A stretch of 32,000 nucleotides of DNA from Horticoccus luteus (GTDB taxonomy: Bacteria > Verrucomicrobiota > Verrucomicrobiia > Opitutales > Opitutaceae): NCBI RefSeq assembly GCF_019464535.1, contig NZ_CP080507.1:3060001-3092000 (forward strand). The letters run 5' to 3'. Shown in pieces: positions 19,801-27,637 of the stretch (the first letter of the stretch is position 1; each line of letters begins with the position of its first letter). Position numbers and translations under genes: made by a program. The notes under the pieces were generated by a model. The model had not been told where the DNA came from. It saw only the letters and a list, made by a program, of their open reading frames with translations, and did no database searches.

Positions 19801-20360
19801 TCAATCTCTCGCTGACGGCCGCGCCGTTCATCGATCAAGCGCAGCGTCAGGCCTCGGTCATCACGCCTCACGGGCAGCACCTCTTCGTGCAGACGTTGCT
19901 CCCCGCCAACGCCACGCTCACCTACGTCCCCGAAGGCGGCACGCTCACCAACATCGCCCAACTTGAACCGTGCAACGGCCGCCTCGTCGTCGAAGACACC
20001 ACCCGTCCCACCGACGTCCGCTTCCTCCACGTATTGCAAGGCGCCGACGCCGCGGTCACGTCACCCACCGCCGCCAGCATGGTGCAAAGCACCGCCGGCA
20101 CGGCCTGCACCGGCGCAATCGTCGGCGCCAGCGTGGTGATGTTTCCCGTTAACCTCGGCGGCGCCAACGTCGGCACAAGTTACAGCGTTCCCGCGACCGT
20201 GACGAAACACTACGTCACCGGCCTCGTGCCCGGTGGTTCCTACTCGGTCGTCGCGGATAGTGATGGCGTCACCGCGCAGGTCGCCCTCACGCCCGGCGGC
20301 CCGCTCACCGCCGATTCCGCCGGTGTGCTCTGCTTCGACCTTGCGAGCGTCATGAACTGA
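16863..20360 (+). CDS. Secreted multidomain protein: 2x He_PIG-type putative Ig domains, a divergent InlB B-repeat-like domain and a heparinase II/III-like (polysaccharide lyase fold) region
   Basis: 1165 aa with signal peptide MKSASS...APALCAG. Two G..PYTW...LP(A/T)GLAL...G.I(S/G)GTP modules span aa 37-123 and 149-238. YTVTVVNGTANG...YFKQWSG...VTFTANY spans aa 262-331. Then HPRLWLNQSDLPRLRSWA... and later INHQNCDGGQIEFYRHGEWLTKE...WHNTLALQN resemble the heparinase II/III C-terminal signature. Confidence 0.88.
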   Translation: MKSASSLHRLSAFLFRAALPLALAFSAPALCAGTPSPITISPPTIAPLQTLNPYAQAFTATGGAAPYTWSTPIVALPAGLALNSTTGLISGTPTKAGSAVIFIRVTDVNGLSTQRGWNVAIAVGAPPVVSNPPPDNAGPPPPSSSASTPLAITPTTLPAGTVGLGYSYILNATGGTPPYTWNLQSGSFPTGLALDAAGHIGGTPASGGAWIYSYPYSVYINVTDSTGHKAAASFPIALQPSPDGSGEGGSTPPPVVTPPSATYTVTVVNGTANGTATATVSAGNTVSLAAAPAPAGQYFKQWSGPASADPFAATTTFVMPAANVTFTANYYTPPPLPAVVAGHPRLWLNQSDLPRLRSWATPSNTLYQQGLRSMLSLALHAYDLCFPNAQLASPYPDSGDINGYSGANITPSDMISEQHALTLAFFGLVDPDPAARLVYAQKARALFMYVINEAAKGHLKGAPFRDPIFSIYNRGNSSGECWPLLADWLQGVTDANGQPVAILTPQDKATIRSVFLLWADDCLNAYTTGGDHPAPIGVTNNVALLPGGNAMRIAANNYYLNHARLITMMPLALDAADDPAVDSAVPASVRGNTLRSYLLNATGAWLYQQFAMFGDPADVRAAYQLPASASVGLASGGTAVEGGLYGHSIGYIQGQLLALQTAGATDPAVFGPQISLLNSPVWDRYVHGLFATMVPQQQVNPVQSYLGPIYEIASIGDLIRLWVTPDVMTTYSLLALTEQKQGRTDHLAAARWIALNAVEGGSAGLLNRIQRPYNTIESILYFMLFDPTDPTALHPADPRLAYGANFYDPGMGRLLARTDWSPNATLFDFRSGWLSINHQNCDGGQIEFYRHGEWLTKELSNYDNYGNGQSTIWHNTLALQNWSSSATPFMQWFEQPYWNNGSQWNNHQSAGDPVTLASSGPGYAAAQTDLTNLYNHPSSNPAGNFTDIQHASRSVVWLQPDCIVIYDRATSLHAGLFKRFNLSLTAAPFIDQAQRQASVITPHGQHLFVQTLLPANATLTYVPEGGTLTNIAQLEPCNGRLVVEDTTRPTDVRFLHVLQGADAAVTSPTAASMVQSTAGTACTGAIVGASVVMFPVNLGGANVGTSYSVPATVTKHYVTGLVPGGSYSVVADSDGVTAQVALTPGGPLTADSAGVLCFDLASVMN

Positions 20361-20384
20361 TCCCCTTCCCCACGTCAGCCCTCC

Positions 20385-20414
20385 AGCCGCCGGCTCACCA
20401 CCGGCGGCTTTTTT
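20385..20414 (+). terminator. Rho-independent terminator of the 16863-20360 gene
   Basis: AGCCGCCGG (20385-20393), a 7-nt loop and CCGGCGGCT (20401-20409) form a 9-bp stem, followed by TTTTTC. Confidence 0.82.
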
Positions 20415-20463
20415 CTGCCCGGAGCCCTCGCGGTCGCTTCGGTCCGGCCGCGGTCGCGACGCC

Positions 20464-20537
20464 GGAAAATTTCTGCCGCCGCAAACTTTCCTGTAATTCT
20501 CCGCCGGCGATCCCGCAATCGGTCGTGGGCACTCCCG
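20464..20537 (+). promoter_or_regulatory. Conserved upstream module, copy B (candidate promoter/5' leader of the HAF-sigma-kinase operon)
   Basis: GGAAAATTTC (20464-20473), TGTAATTCTCCGCCGGCGATCCCGCAATCGG (20492-20522) and CACTCCCG (20530-20537). Element order and the internal 21-nt spacing match copy A. Confidence 0.45.
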
Positions 20538-20547
20538 CCTCTTCTCC

Positions 20548-21654
20548 ATGACGCTTCCCTCCCGCCTCGCTGCCACCGCGGCCCTGCTCACCCTCACCAT
20601 CGCCGCGCGCGCCGATTTTCACTATACTCTGACCGACCTCGGCACTGTTGGCGCCACTTATAGCTACGGCACCGCGATCAACAACGCCGGCACGGTCGCC
20701 GGCTATCTCGACTACACCTCCACCGGCACCAAAATCGCCTTCGTCGCCGTCGGCGACGCCGCGCAACCGATCGGCACGCTCGGCGGCACTGAGAGCCGCG
20801 CGCTCGGTCTCAACGATGCCGGGCAAGTCGTCGGCTATAGTTTTCCCGCCTCGGGTAATTACCACGCATTCATCTACGCTCACGGCACATTCACCGATCT
20901 CGGCACCCTCGGTGGCGGAGCGAGCTACGGCTATGCCATCAACCAATCCGGCCAAGCCACCGGCTATTCGACTGTCACCTCCCAAGCGCCGCATGCCTTT
21001 CTCTACGCCGGCGGCGTGATGACCGATCTCGGCCTCCTTCCCGGCGGACTTTCCAGCAATGGTCAGGCGATTAACGCTTCCGGCCAGGTCGCCGGTTCCG
21101 CCACTCTCGCCAACGCCCACTCCCGCGCGGTGCTCTTTTCCGGCGGCGCCGCGCTCGATCTCGGCACGCTCGGCGGCGCCAACAGCTACGCCTACGGCCT
21201 CAACGACGCCGGCCAGGTCGTCGGCTACTCCAACACCGCCGCGGGCCCTAACCGGGCGTTTCTGTTCACCGACGGCGCCCTCACCTCACTCGGCGCGTTC
21301 GGCCCCTCTCTCGATAGCTATGCCACGGCGATCAACAACCTCGGCGACGTCATTGGTTACGCCGGCACCGCCACCAACGGCAACCACGGCTTCATCTCCT
21401 CGGCCGGCACGCTCTACGATCTCAACGATTTCATCACCGGCGCGAGCGGCTACACCGTCACCGTGCCCTACGCGATCAACGATCTCGGCCAGATCGCCGC
21501 CGCCGCGCACGACCCCTTCGGCTACACCCACGCCGTGCTGCTCACGCCGTCGCAAATTTCCCCGTCGCTCGCCACCATCCCCGAGCCGTCCGCCGCGGCC
21601 CTCCTCGCGGCCGCCGTCGCGCTGGCTGTCGCGGTGCCGCGGCGGCGCCGATGA
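20548..21654 (+). CDS. HAF-family extracellular repeat protein with PEP-CTERM anchor
   Basis: 368 aa with signal peptide MTLPSRLAATAALLTLTIAARA. About 8 repeats of the form LGTLGG..S.A.GIN..GQV(V/A)GYS......HAF(L/I)Y. The C-terminus is IPEPSAAALLAAAVALAVAVPRRRR. Confidence 0.9.
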   Translation: MTLPSRLAATAALLTLTIAARADFHYTLTDLGTVGATYSYGTAINNAGTVAGYLDYTSTGTKIAFVAVGDAAQPIGTLGGTESRALGLNDAGQVVGYSFPASGNYHAFIYAHGTFTDLGTLGGGASYGYAINQSGQATGYSTVTSQAPHAFLYAGGVMTDLGLLPGGLSSNGQAINASGQVAGSATLANAHSRAVLFSGGAALDLGTLGGANSYAYGLNDAGQVVGYSNTAAGPNRAFLFTDGALTSLGAFGPSLDSYATAINNLGDVIGYAGTATNGNHGFISSAGTLYDLNDFITGASGYTVTVPYAINDLGQIAAAAHDPFGYTHAVLLTPSQISPSLATIPEPSAAALLAAAVALAVAVPRRRR

Positions 21655-22442
21655 ACGCCACACTTGACGCTTCACTCGCGCCCGCCGCGGGTTATGACTC
21701 CCGGCTCATGCCCGAGCGCGAGTCTCCCGCTGGTGACGCCGCCTTCGCTTCCACCCAATGGAGCATCGTTCTCGCGTCGCGCCCCGACGCCACCGACCGG
21801 CCCGCTGCGCTGCAATCCCTCTGTTCCGCGTATTGGCTGCCTGTCTACAGCTATCTGCGCCGCCGCAACTTTTCGCCTGCCGATGCGGAAGATCTCACGC
21901 AGGGCTTTTTCGCCTACGTGATCGAGAGCGATTTTCTCACCCGACCCGACCCCGCCCGCGGTCGCTTTCGCGGCTACCTCGTCGGCGCGCTGAAACACTT
22001 CCTCGGCCAGCACTTCGAACGCGCCCTCGCGCAAAAACGCGGCGGCCGCGTCCGTTTTGTGGATTGGTCCACGCTCGACGCCGAACGCGAATTTGCCGCC
22101 GCCGATCAACCGCAACTCGACCCCAGTGAAGCCTACGAGAAAACCTGGGCGCTCACGCTCCTGCACCGCGCGTTGCAACAACTCGAAGCCGAACAAATCG
22201 CCGCCGGCCGGCAACGCGTCTTCACTGTCCTGCGCGCCTTCCTCAGCGCGACGCCCACGCGGGGCGACTACGATGCCGCCGCCCTCGCCCTCGGCACCTC
22301 CCGCACCAACGTCGCCGTCTGGGTCCACCGCCTCAACCACCGCTACGCCGAACTCGTGAAACTCGAAGTCGCCGCCACCGTGCGCTCGCCCGACGACATC
22401 GCCGCCGAGATGCAACACCTCCTTCAGGCGCTGCGCCGCTAG
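21651..22442 (+). CDS. ECF-type sigma-70 family RNA polymerase sigma factor
   Basis: 263 aa. Sigma-2-like region: WLPVYSYLRRRNFSPADAEDLTQGFFAYVIE...FRGYLVGALKHFL. Sigma-4-like HTH: AAALALGTSRTNVAVWVHRLNHRYAEL. ATG 21651 overlaps the upstream TGA (ATGA at 21651-21654). An alternative in-frame ATG is at 21708. Confidence 0.82.
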   Translation: MNATLDASLAPAAGYDSRLMPERESPAGDAAFASTQWSIVLASRPDATDRPAALQSLCSAYWLPVYSYLRRRNFSPADAEDLTQGFFAYVIESDFLTRPDPARGRFRGYLVGALKHFLGQHFERALAQKRGGRVRFVDWSTLDAEREFAAADQPQLDPSEAYEKTWALTLLHRALQQLEAEQIAAGRQRVFTVLRAFLSATPTRGDYDAAALALGTSRTNVAVWVHRLNHRYAELVKLEVAATVRSPDDIAAEMQHLLQALRR

Positions 22443-22449
22443 TCCGCCG

Positions 22450-25400
22450 ATGCCTCCCTCCGCCTCTGCTTCCCCGCCGCCTGCCTCCTGCCCGCGCTGT
22501 GGCAACCTCACCGCCCATCCCTTTGCCGACGTGGGCGGCCTGTGCCTGCGTTGCGCCGGCGAACGCGCCTTCGCCCTCGGCACCGACACGCCGTTCGAAA
22601 CCGAAACTCCTCTCGATCCCGCCGTCGCAACGGGCGTCGCCGACTTCGCACCCATCGACCAACCCGCGCGCATCGGTCCCTACACGATCATCGAGGAGCT
22701 CGGCCGCGGCGGCATGGGTCGCGTTTACGCCGCGCGCCAGAGCGGCCTCGGCCGCATCGTCGCACTGAAGGTCTTCTCTCCCGGCCCCGGCGCGCCGCCC
22801 GAACTTGAAATGCGTTTCCTGCGCGAAGCGCAAACCGTCGCGCGGCTTCATCACCCGCACATCATCTCGATCCACGATTCCGGCCGGGCCGGCGGCGACG
22901 TTTACTTTTCGATGGCCTACGTCGAAGGCGGCGACCTGGCTCGGCAGCTTAGGCAGCGCACGTTCGCCCCGCGCGAAGCCGCCGCGCTCGTGGCGAAAAT
23001 CGCCTCCGCCCTCGCGCACGCCCACGCCGAGGGCGTGCTGCACCGCGACCTCAAGCCCTCCAACATCCTCCTCGACGACGGCGAACCGCGCCTCGCCGAT
23101 TTCGGCCTCGCGGCGCAACTTGAAACGAGCGGCGACTTCACCAGCGCATCCGGCGTCTTCGGCACGCCGCATTATCTCGCGCCCGAAGCGATGCACGGCG
23201 GCGGTGCGGCGCTTTCGGCCGCGAGCGATCTCTACGCGCTCGGCGTCGTGCTTTACGCGTTGCTCACCGGCCGCACGCCTTTCGCCGGCGCCTCGCCGGC
23301 CGAACTCGCCGCGCTGGTCAACAGCACCGAGCCGCCTTCGCCCCGCCTGCTCGCCCCCGCGGTGCCGCACGATCTCGAGACGATTTGCCTGAAGTGCCTC
23401 GAACGCGATTCCGCGCGCCGCTACACCAGCGCCGCCGCGCTCGCCGAGGATCTGCGGCGCTTCCTCGCCGGCGAACACATCCTCGCGCGCCCCATATCGC
23501 CCCTCGGCCACTTTTTCCGCTGGTGCCGCCGCCGCCCCGCACTCGCCGCCGTCTGGCTGCTCGTCGTCGCGATCGCCGTCGGCTCCACTCTCTCCGCCGT
23601 GTGGGTGGCTCACGCGCGCGCCGCCACCGAAAAGTCGCTCGCGCGTGCCCGCGCCGCCGAGGCCGCCGACCGCGAGCATCTCCGCGCCGCTCGTCTGAGC
23701 GAGGCGCGCGCCATCCGCCACACCACGCTGCCCGGTCGCCGCCAACAAGCCCTTGTCGCGCTCGCCGAGGCCGCGCGCATCCGCCCGGGCGTCGATCTTC
23801 GCAATGAGGCGCTCAGTGCGCTCCTCTTGACCGATCTCTCGCCCGCGGAAACGTGGGATCTCGGCACCAACGCCCCCGCCGCCATCACGTTCGATCCCGC
23901 CGGCCGCACGGCCGCCGTCGAAATGATCAACGTCGCCGGCCCCGTCCGCAGCCCCGCTACGTTTCACACCTGGGGTCAAGGCCTGGCCACGCCGCCAATC
24001 GCCGCCGCCGGCACGCGCGTCATTGGCACCCTGCGTTTCAGCGCTGATGGGCAGCACGCGATGGCGCGTTACCTCGATGCCACGCTGCGCGTCTGGCGCA
24101 CGCACGACGGTCAGCCCGAACTCATCCTGCGCGGTCTCCCTCTGCCGGGCGGATCCATGCTCACGAAAGATTTTAACGACGACTACGATTTCAGTCCCGA
24201 CGCTTCGCAAGTGGTCGTCGGCGCGGCCCCGCACGGCCTGACACTTCATCGCCTCACCGACGGAGGCGAACTCGCGCATTCTCCAGCAGGCGCACAGTTC
24301 AACGTCGTGCGCTATTCTCCCGATGGCGCGCTCATCGCCGCGGCGCGCACCCAAGACCACGCGGCGCGCGAGGTTTTCATCTTCCGCGCCGACACGCTCG
24401 CCCTCGCCTATCGCCTCGCTCAAGTCACGGCGCCCAGCGCGCTGGAATGGACCGCTGACGGCACGCGCCTCCTCGTCGGCGCCGAAGACAATTCCCTTTC
24501 GATCTTTGACGTGCGCCACGAGCGGCTGCTCGCGCGGCATCCCCTCGGCCTGCACGATCTGGTCCAGGTTCTGCCACTCGACGACGACCGCCTCGCCGTG
24601 ACGCGCGGTGTCGAAACCAACCTTCACTTCGTCAACCTCCTGACTGGCCGCCCGGAATTCGAGCTGCCCGAAATCGGTCCCGCCCTCGTAGCCGCGCCCC
24701 GCGGCGGGCACACGTTCGTCACGACAAGTCTCCAAGGTATCGCCACGCGCTGGAACGTGATTTCGCCCATCGGACTTCGCAGCATCGCTCCACCCCATCC
24801 CAGCGCCTACACCGGCGCCGGCTTGAGCGGCAGTTTCGATCTTAGCCCCGACGGGCGCTGGGCGGCGTCCGGGCACGGTCGATACACGCTGCTGCGCGAT
24901 CTCGCAACTGGCCGCGTGCTCGCCGCGCTCGACGCCGGTGCCGATCGCGCCACTGAATTTACGACTGTCGCGTTTGAAGCGAACGGCAGCTCGCTGCTCG
25001 TTTGCTCGACGCTCAACGGCCTGCAACAACGCGAGCTCGTCCGCCGCTCCGACGGCCGCGAAATCGAATTTGGACCGCCGCAGCTTATCGATGCCGAGCC
25101 TGGCTTCGCGATTGCCGCGTATTCCGCCGACCGGCTGCGTTGCGCGTTGGTCAATTTCGAAACGGGCGCGGTGAAAATCATCGAGCGATCGTCTGGCGGC
25201 CTGCGCAACCGCGCGCACTGGACCACTCCCGGCGTGTATGGCGCCGCCTTCAGTCCCGATGCGGCCGAGGTGCTGGTGAACTGCAGCGGCCAAGGTCCGG
25301 CCGGCGGCGAGCAACGTCTGCGGGTGCATCGCGTCGATGACGGCGCGGTCGTCGCCGAGCTGCCCGCGCGCGTGTCCTGCGACGTCGCCTGGAGTCGTGA

Positions 25401-25758
25401 TGGCCGCACCGTGCTTACGTCCAACGGTCCCTCCGAAAGCATCCTCTGGGATACCGCCACGTGGCAGCCGCGCGTAAAACTTGCGGGAGAACTCGGAGGC
25501 GACGCCACGTCGTTCGCGCTCTCGCCCGACGAGGCCTACGCCGTAATCGTGCGCGACAATCACATTCACCTCGTTGCGATGACCGACGGAAAGGCGTTTG
25601 CGACCATCGAACTCCCCGATGCGGCCGATCTCGCCACCGGCGTAAAATTTCTCCCCGACGGCCATCGCTTCGCCATCCTTTGGCCCGACAGCCGCATCGA
25701 TATCCTCGACCCCGCCGCCTTGCGCGCGTCCCTCGATCCGCTCGGCTTGGCGTGGTGA
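22450..25758 (+). CDS. Transmembrane Ser/Thr protein kinase with N-terminal zinc-ribbon-like CxxC pair and C-terminal WD40/PD40-like beta-propeller ectodomain
   Basis: 1102 aa. CPRCG...CLRC is near the N-terminus. The Hanks kinase motifs are GRGGMGRVY, VALK, HRDLKPSNILL, DFGLA and GTPHYLAPE (nt about 22675-23469). A single TM helix, PALAAVWLLVVAIAVGSTLSAVWVAHA, spans nt 23536-23613. At least 10 blades of the form (F/W)SPDG.... follow. Confidence 0.92.
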   Translation: MPPSASASPPPASCPRCGNLTAHPFADVGGLCLRCAGERAFALGTDTPFETETPLDPAVATGVADFAPIDQPARIGPYTIIEELGRGGMGRVYAARQSGLGRIVALKVFSPGPGAPPELEMRFLREAQTVARLHHPHIISIHDSGRAGGDVYFSMAYVEGGDLARQLRQRTFAPREAAALVAKIASALAHAHAEGVLHRDLKPSNILLDDGEPRLADFGLAAQLETSGDFTSASGVFGTPHYLAPEAMHGGGAALSAASDLYALGVVLYALLTGRTPFAGASPAELAALVNSTEPPSPRLLAPAVPHDLETICLKCLERDSARRYTSAAALAEDLRRFLAGEHILARPISPLGHFFRWCRRRPALAAVWLLVVAIAVGSTLSAVWVAHARAATEKSLARARAAEAADREHLRAARLSEARAIRHTTLPGRRQQALVALAEAARIRPGVDLRNEALSALLLTDLSPAETWDLGTNAPAAITFDPAGRTAAVEMINVAGPVRSPATFHTWGQGLATPPIAAAGTRVIGTLRFSADGQHAMARYLDATLRVWRTHDGQPELILRGLPLPGGSMLTKDFNDDYDFSPDASQVVVGAAPHGLTLHRLTDGGELAHSPAGAQFNVVRYSPDGALIAAARTQDHAAREVFIFRADTLALAYRLAQVTAPSALEWTADGTRLLVGAEDNSLSIFDVRHERLLARHPLGLHDLVQVLPLDDDRLAVTRGVETNLHFVNLLTGRPEFELPEIGPALVAAPRGGHTFVTTSLQGIATRWNVISPIGLRSIAPPHPSAYTGAGLSGSFDLSPDGRWAASGHGRYTLLRDLATGRVLAALDAGADRATEFTTVAFEANGSSLLVCSTLNGLQQRELVRRSDGREIEFGPPQLIDAEPGFAIAAYSADRLRCALVNFETGAVKIIERSSGGLRNRAHWTTPGVYGAAFSPDAAEVLVNCSGQGPAGGEQRLRVHRVDDGAVVAELPARVSCDVAWSRDGRTVLTSNGPSESILWDTATWQPRVKLAGELGGDATSFALSPDEAYAVIVRDNHIHLVAMTDGKAFATIELPDAADLATGVKFLPDGHRFAILWPDSRIDILDPAALRASLDPLGLAW

Positions 25759-25876
25759 GACCAGCCGGGGGCGGCCGGCTCGCGCGCGCTTGCTTCGCGT
25801 TTCTGCCGCAACGGCAGACTCGCACGACGCGACTTGCGGTTGCATCGCTGCGCGGCCCAAGCTGCGCGCCACCCCT

Positions 25877-27511
25877 ATGCTCAACCTACCCCGCGTTCTC
25901 TTCCATCGCTGCTCGCTGCTCGCTTTCCTCTTTTGGGCGACGGCGGCGCAGCCCGCAGCGGACATTTCCTCTCCTGTCCCGCGGGTCAAAGGCCCGATCT
26001 TCAATCAGGACAGCACGCAGTTTTTCTTCGATTATACAGCCACCGAAATGAGCGGCGCGCTCGTCGATGCCTATATTGATCAACTCGCTGACGCCGGAAT
26101 CCGCACATTCGTTTCGTGCGTCAATGCCCAGCGCGCCAATTATCCGAGCAAAGTCTGGGAGCACGACTGGGACCGCTACGATCCAGCCGGCCCCAACGAC
26201 CAACCGGTGCTCCGCTATCTCGCAGCCGCGGGCCCCGCGGGAATTGCTGCCACTCGCGGCCGGCTCGACGCCGCCAAACGCCTTGCCGACCTCGGCATCA
26301 ATTTCCATGCGCGGGCACTCGCCCGCTGCCGCGCTCGCGGGATCGGCGCATGGGTGAGCGTGCGCATGAACGACCTGCACGACTGCCTGCTTCCCGAGTC
26401 GACACTTCTCAGCAGCTTCTTCAAAGCGCAGCGGGCCGCGGGCCAATTGCGTGCGCCGTATCGCGGCGGCGACTGGTGGGCCGATCGCGGACTCGATTGG
26501 GAACGCCCCGAGGTGCAGGATCATTATTTTACCCTCGTGCGCGAGCAGTTGGAAACGCTCGACCTCGACGGCCTCGAACTCGACTGGATGCGTTTCCCGT
26601 TGAGCTTTCGACCAGGCCACGAGCTCGCCGGCGGTCGGGCCATCACCGCGTGGATGCAGCGCGTCCGCGCCGAATGCGCACGCGCGGCAACGCGCCTCGG
26701 GCATCCCGTGCTCCTCGGCGTGCGCGTGCCGACGCGGCCCGAGGCCGCCCGCCGCTTGGGGCTCGATGGCGCGGGTTGGGCGCGGGTTGGGTTGGTCGAT
26801 CTCGTCGTGCCCACGCCCTTTTGGTCCACCACCGATTTCGACATTCCGATTCAGGAATGGAAACGCCTTCTCGCCGGCACGTCCGCTGAACTCGCCGGCG
26901 GCATCGAGATCCGCTACCAGCCGGTGCCCAACGGCCCCGCGTCGATGATGACGCCTGCGCTCGTCGCGGGCGTCAGCGCAGCGTTGCTCCATGGCGGCGC
27001 CGACGCCGTCTACCTCTTCAACTATATCCCCAAGCCTCTGTTTCAGGAAACACAACACCCGTGGACCGCCGCGGAATACTCGGCGGTCATGCACGGACTG
27101 CAGAGCGCGGCCGGCGCCGCCGCCTTGGCGCGCGTGCACGCCATCACCTACCGCGACATCCGCGCACCCGGTGAGCCCGCCGATGCCGCGTTCCCCGCCA
27201 CCGATCACCACACCGATTTTCAATGGCCACCCGGCTGCGCGTTGCGCGTGCAAACGGGCCCGGTGCCGGAAGCCGGGCGTGCCGTTGCGTTGACGATGGA
27301 ATTTGGTCCGGATTCCGCCGGCCCCGACAAGCTGCGCGTCTATCTCAACGCCACCGAGCTGGCTCCGGCCGCGGGCTCGCAAGGCGCCCTTCGCACTTAC
27401 CCGATTCCACACTCGCTACTCCAGGACGAAGCGCAGGTGGTGGAAATCGTCTCAGGAAAAGACGCCGCATTTACTGTGCAGCGCCTCGAAATTTCCGTCG
27501 CTAAAAAGTAA
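25877..27511 (+). CDS. Secreted TIM-barrel glycoside-hydrolase-like protein (family not assigned)
   Basis: The preferred start is ATG 25877, which gives the signal peptide MLNLPRVLFHRCSLLAFLFWATAAQPAA; the track ORF starts at 25790. RMNDLHD...LDWERPEVQDHYFTLVREQLETLDLDGLELDWMRFP resembles GHL10/DUF187-type glycosidase-like barrels. The function is tentative. Confidence 0.75.
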   Translation: MLNLPRVLFHRCSLLAFLFWATAAQPAADISSPVPRVKGPIFNQDSTQFFFDYTATEMSGALVDAYIDQLADAGIRTFVSCVNAQRANYPSKVWEHDWDRYDPAGPNDQPVLRYLAAAGPAGIAATRGRLDAAKRLADLGINFHARALARCRARGIGAWVSVRMNDLHDCLLPESTLLSSFFKAQRAAGQLRAPYRGGDWWADRGLDWERPEVQDHYFTLVREQLETLDLDGLELDWMRFPLSFRPGHELAGGRAITAWMQRVRAECARAATRLGHPVLLGVRVPTRPEAARRLGLDGAGWARVGLVDLVVPTPFWSTTDFDIPIQEWKRLLAGTSAELAGGIEIRYQPVPNGPASMMTPALVAGVSAALLHGGADAVYLFNYIPKPLFQETQHPWTAAEYSAVMHGLQSAAGAAALARVHAITYRDIRAPGEPADAAFPATDHHTDFQWPPGCALRVQTGPVPEAGRAVALTMEFGPDSAGPDKLRVYLNATELAPAAGSQGALRTYPIPHSLLQDEAQVVEIVSGKDAAFTVQRLEISVAKK

Positions 27512-27524
27512 CCTACGCGGCCCG

Positions 27525-27560
27525 CTCTCCGCGGCCGCTCGGAAAGAACGGCCGCGAGAG
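27525..27560. terminator. GC-rich hairpin between convergent genes (possible bidirectional terminator, no U-tract)
   Basis: CTCTC(C)GCGGCCG, an 11-nt loop and CGGCCGCGAGAG form a 12-bp stem with one bulged C. It lies 14 nt after the 27511 stop and 77 nt from the 27638 stop. Confidence 0.45.
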
Positions 27561-27637
27561 GCGCCTGCGCGCCGAGGGCTTCAGGCGGCGCGACGGAAGC
27601 GCGGGCGCGCAAACCGCACCGCGTCGATCGCGAGCGC

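Noticed and set aside
17559-20039. 826-aa ORF antisense to the heparinase-like gene
   Set aside because: It is a shadow ORF of the same kind (Gly/Arg/Ala-rich, no motifs). The sense strand has a signal peptide and recognisable domains.
20470-20479. The 10-mer TTTCTGCCGC is shared with 25800-25809 (upstream of the 25877 gene), which could be a third copy of the upstream module
   Set aside because: Nothing else in the module (TGTAATT, CCGCAATYGG, CACTCCCG) is present at the second site. A GC-rich 10-mer match is weak evidence.
22333-26004. 1223-aa ORF antisense to the Ser/Thr kinase gene
   Set aside because: It is a shadow ORF. The sense frame carries the complete Hanks kinase motif set.
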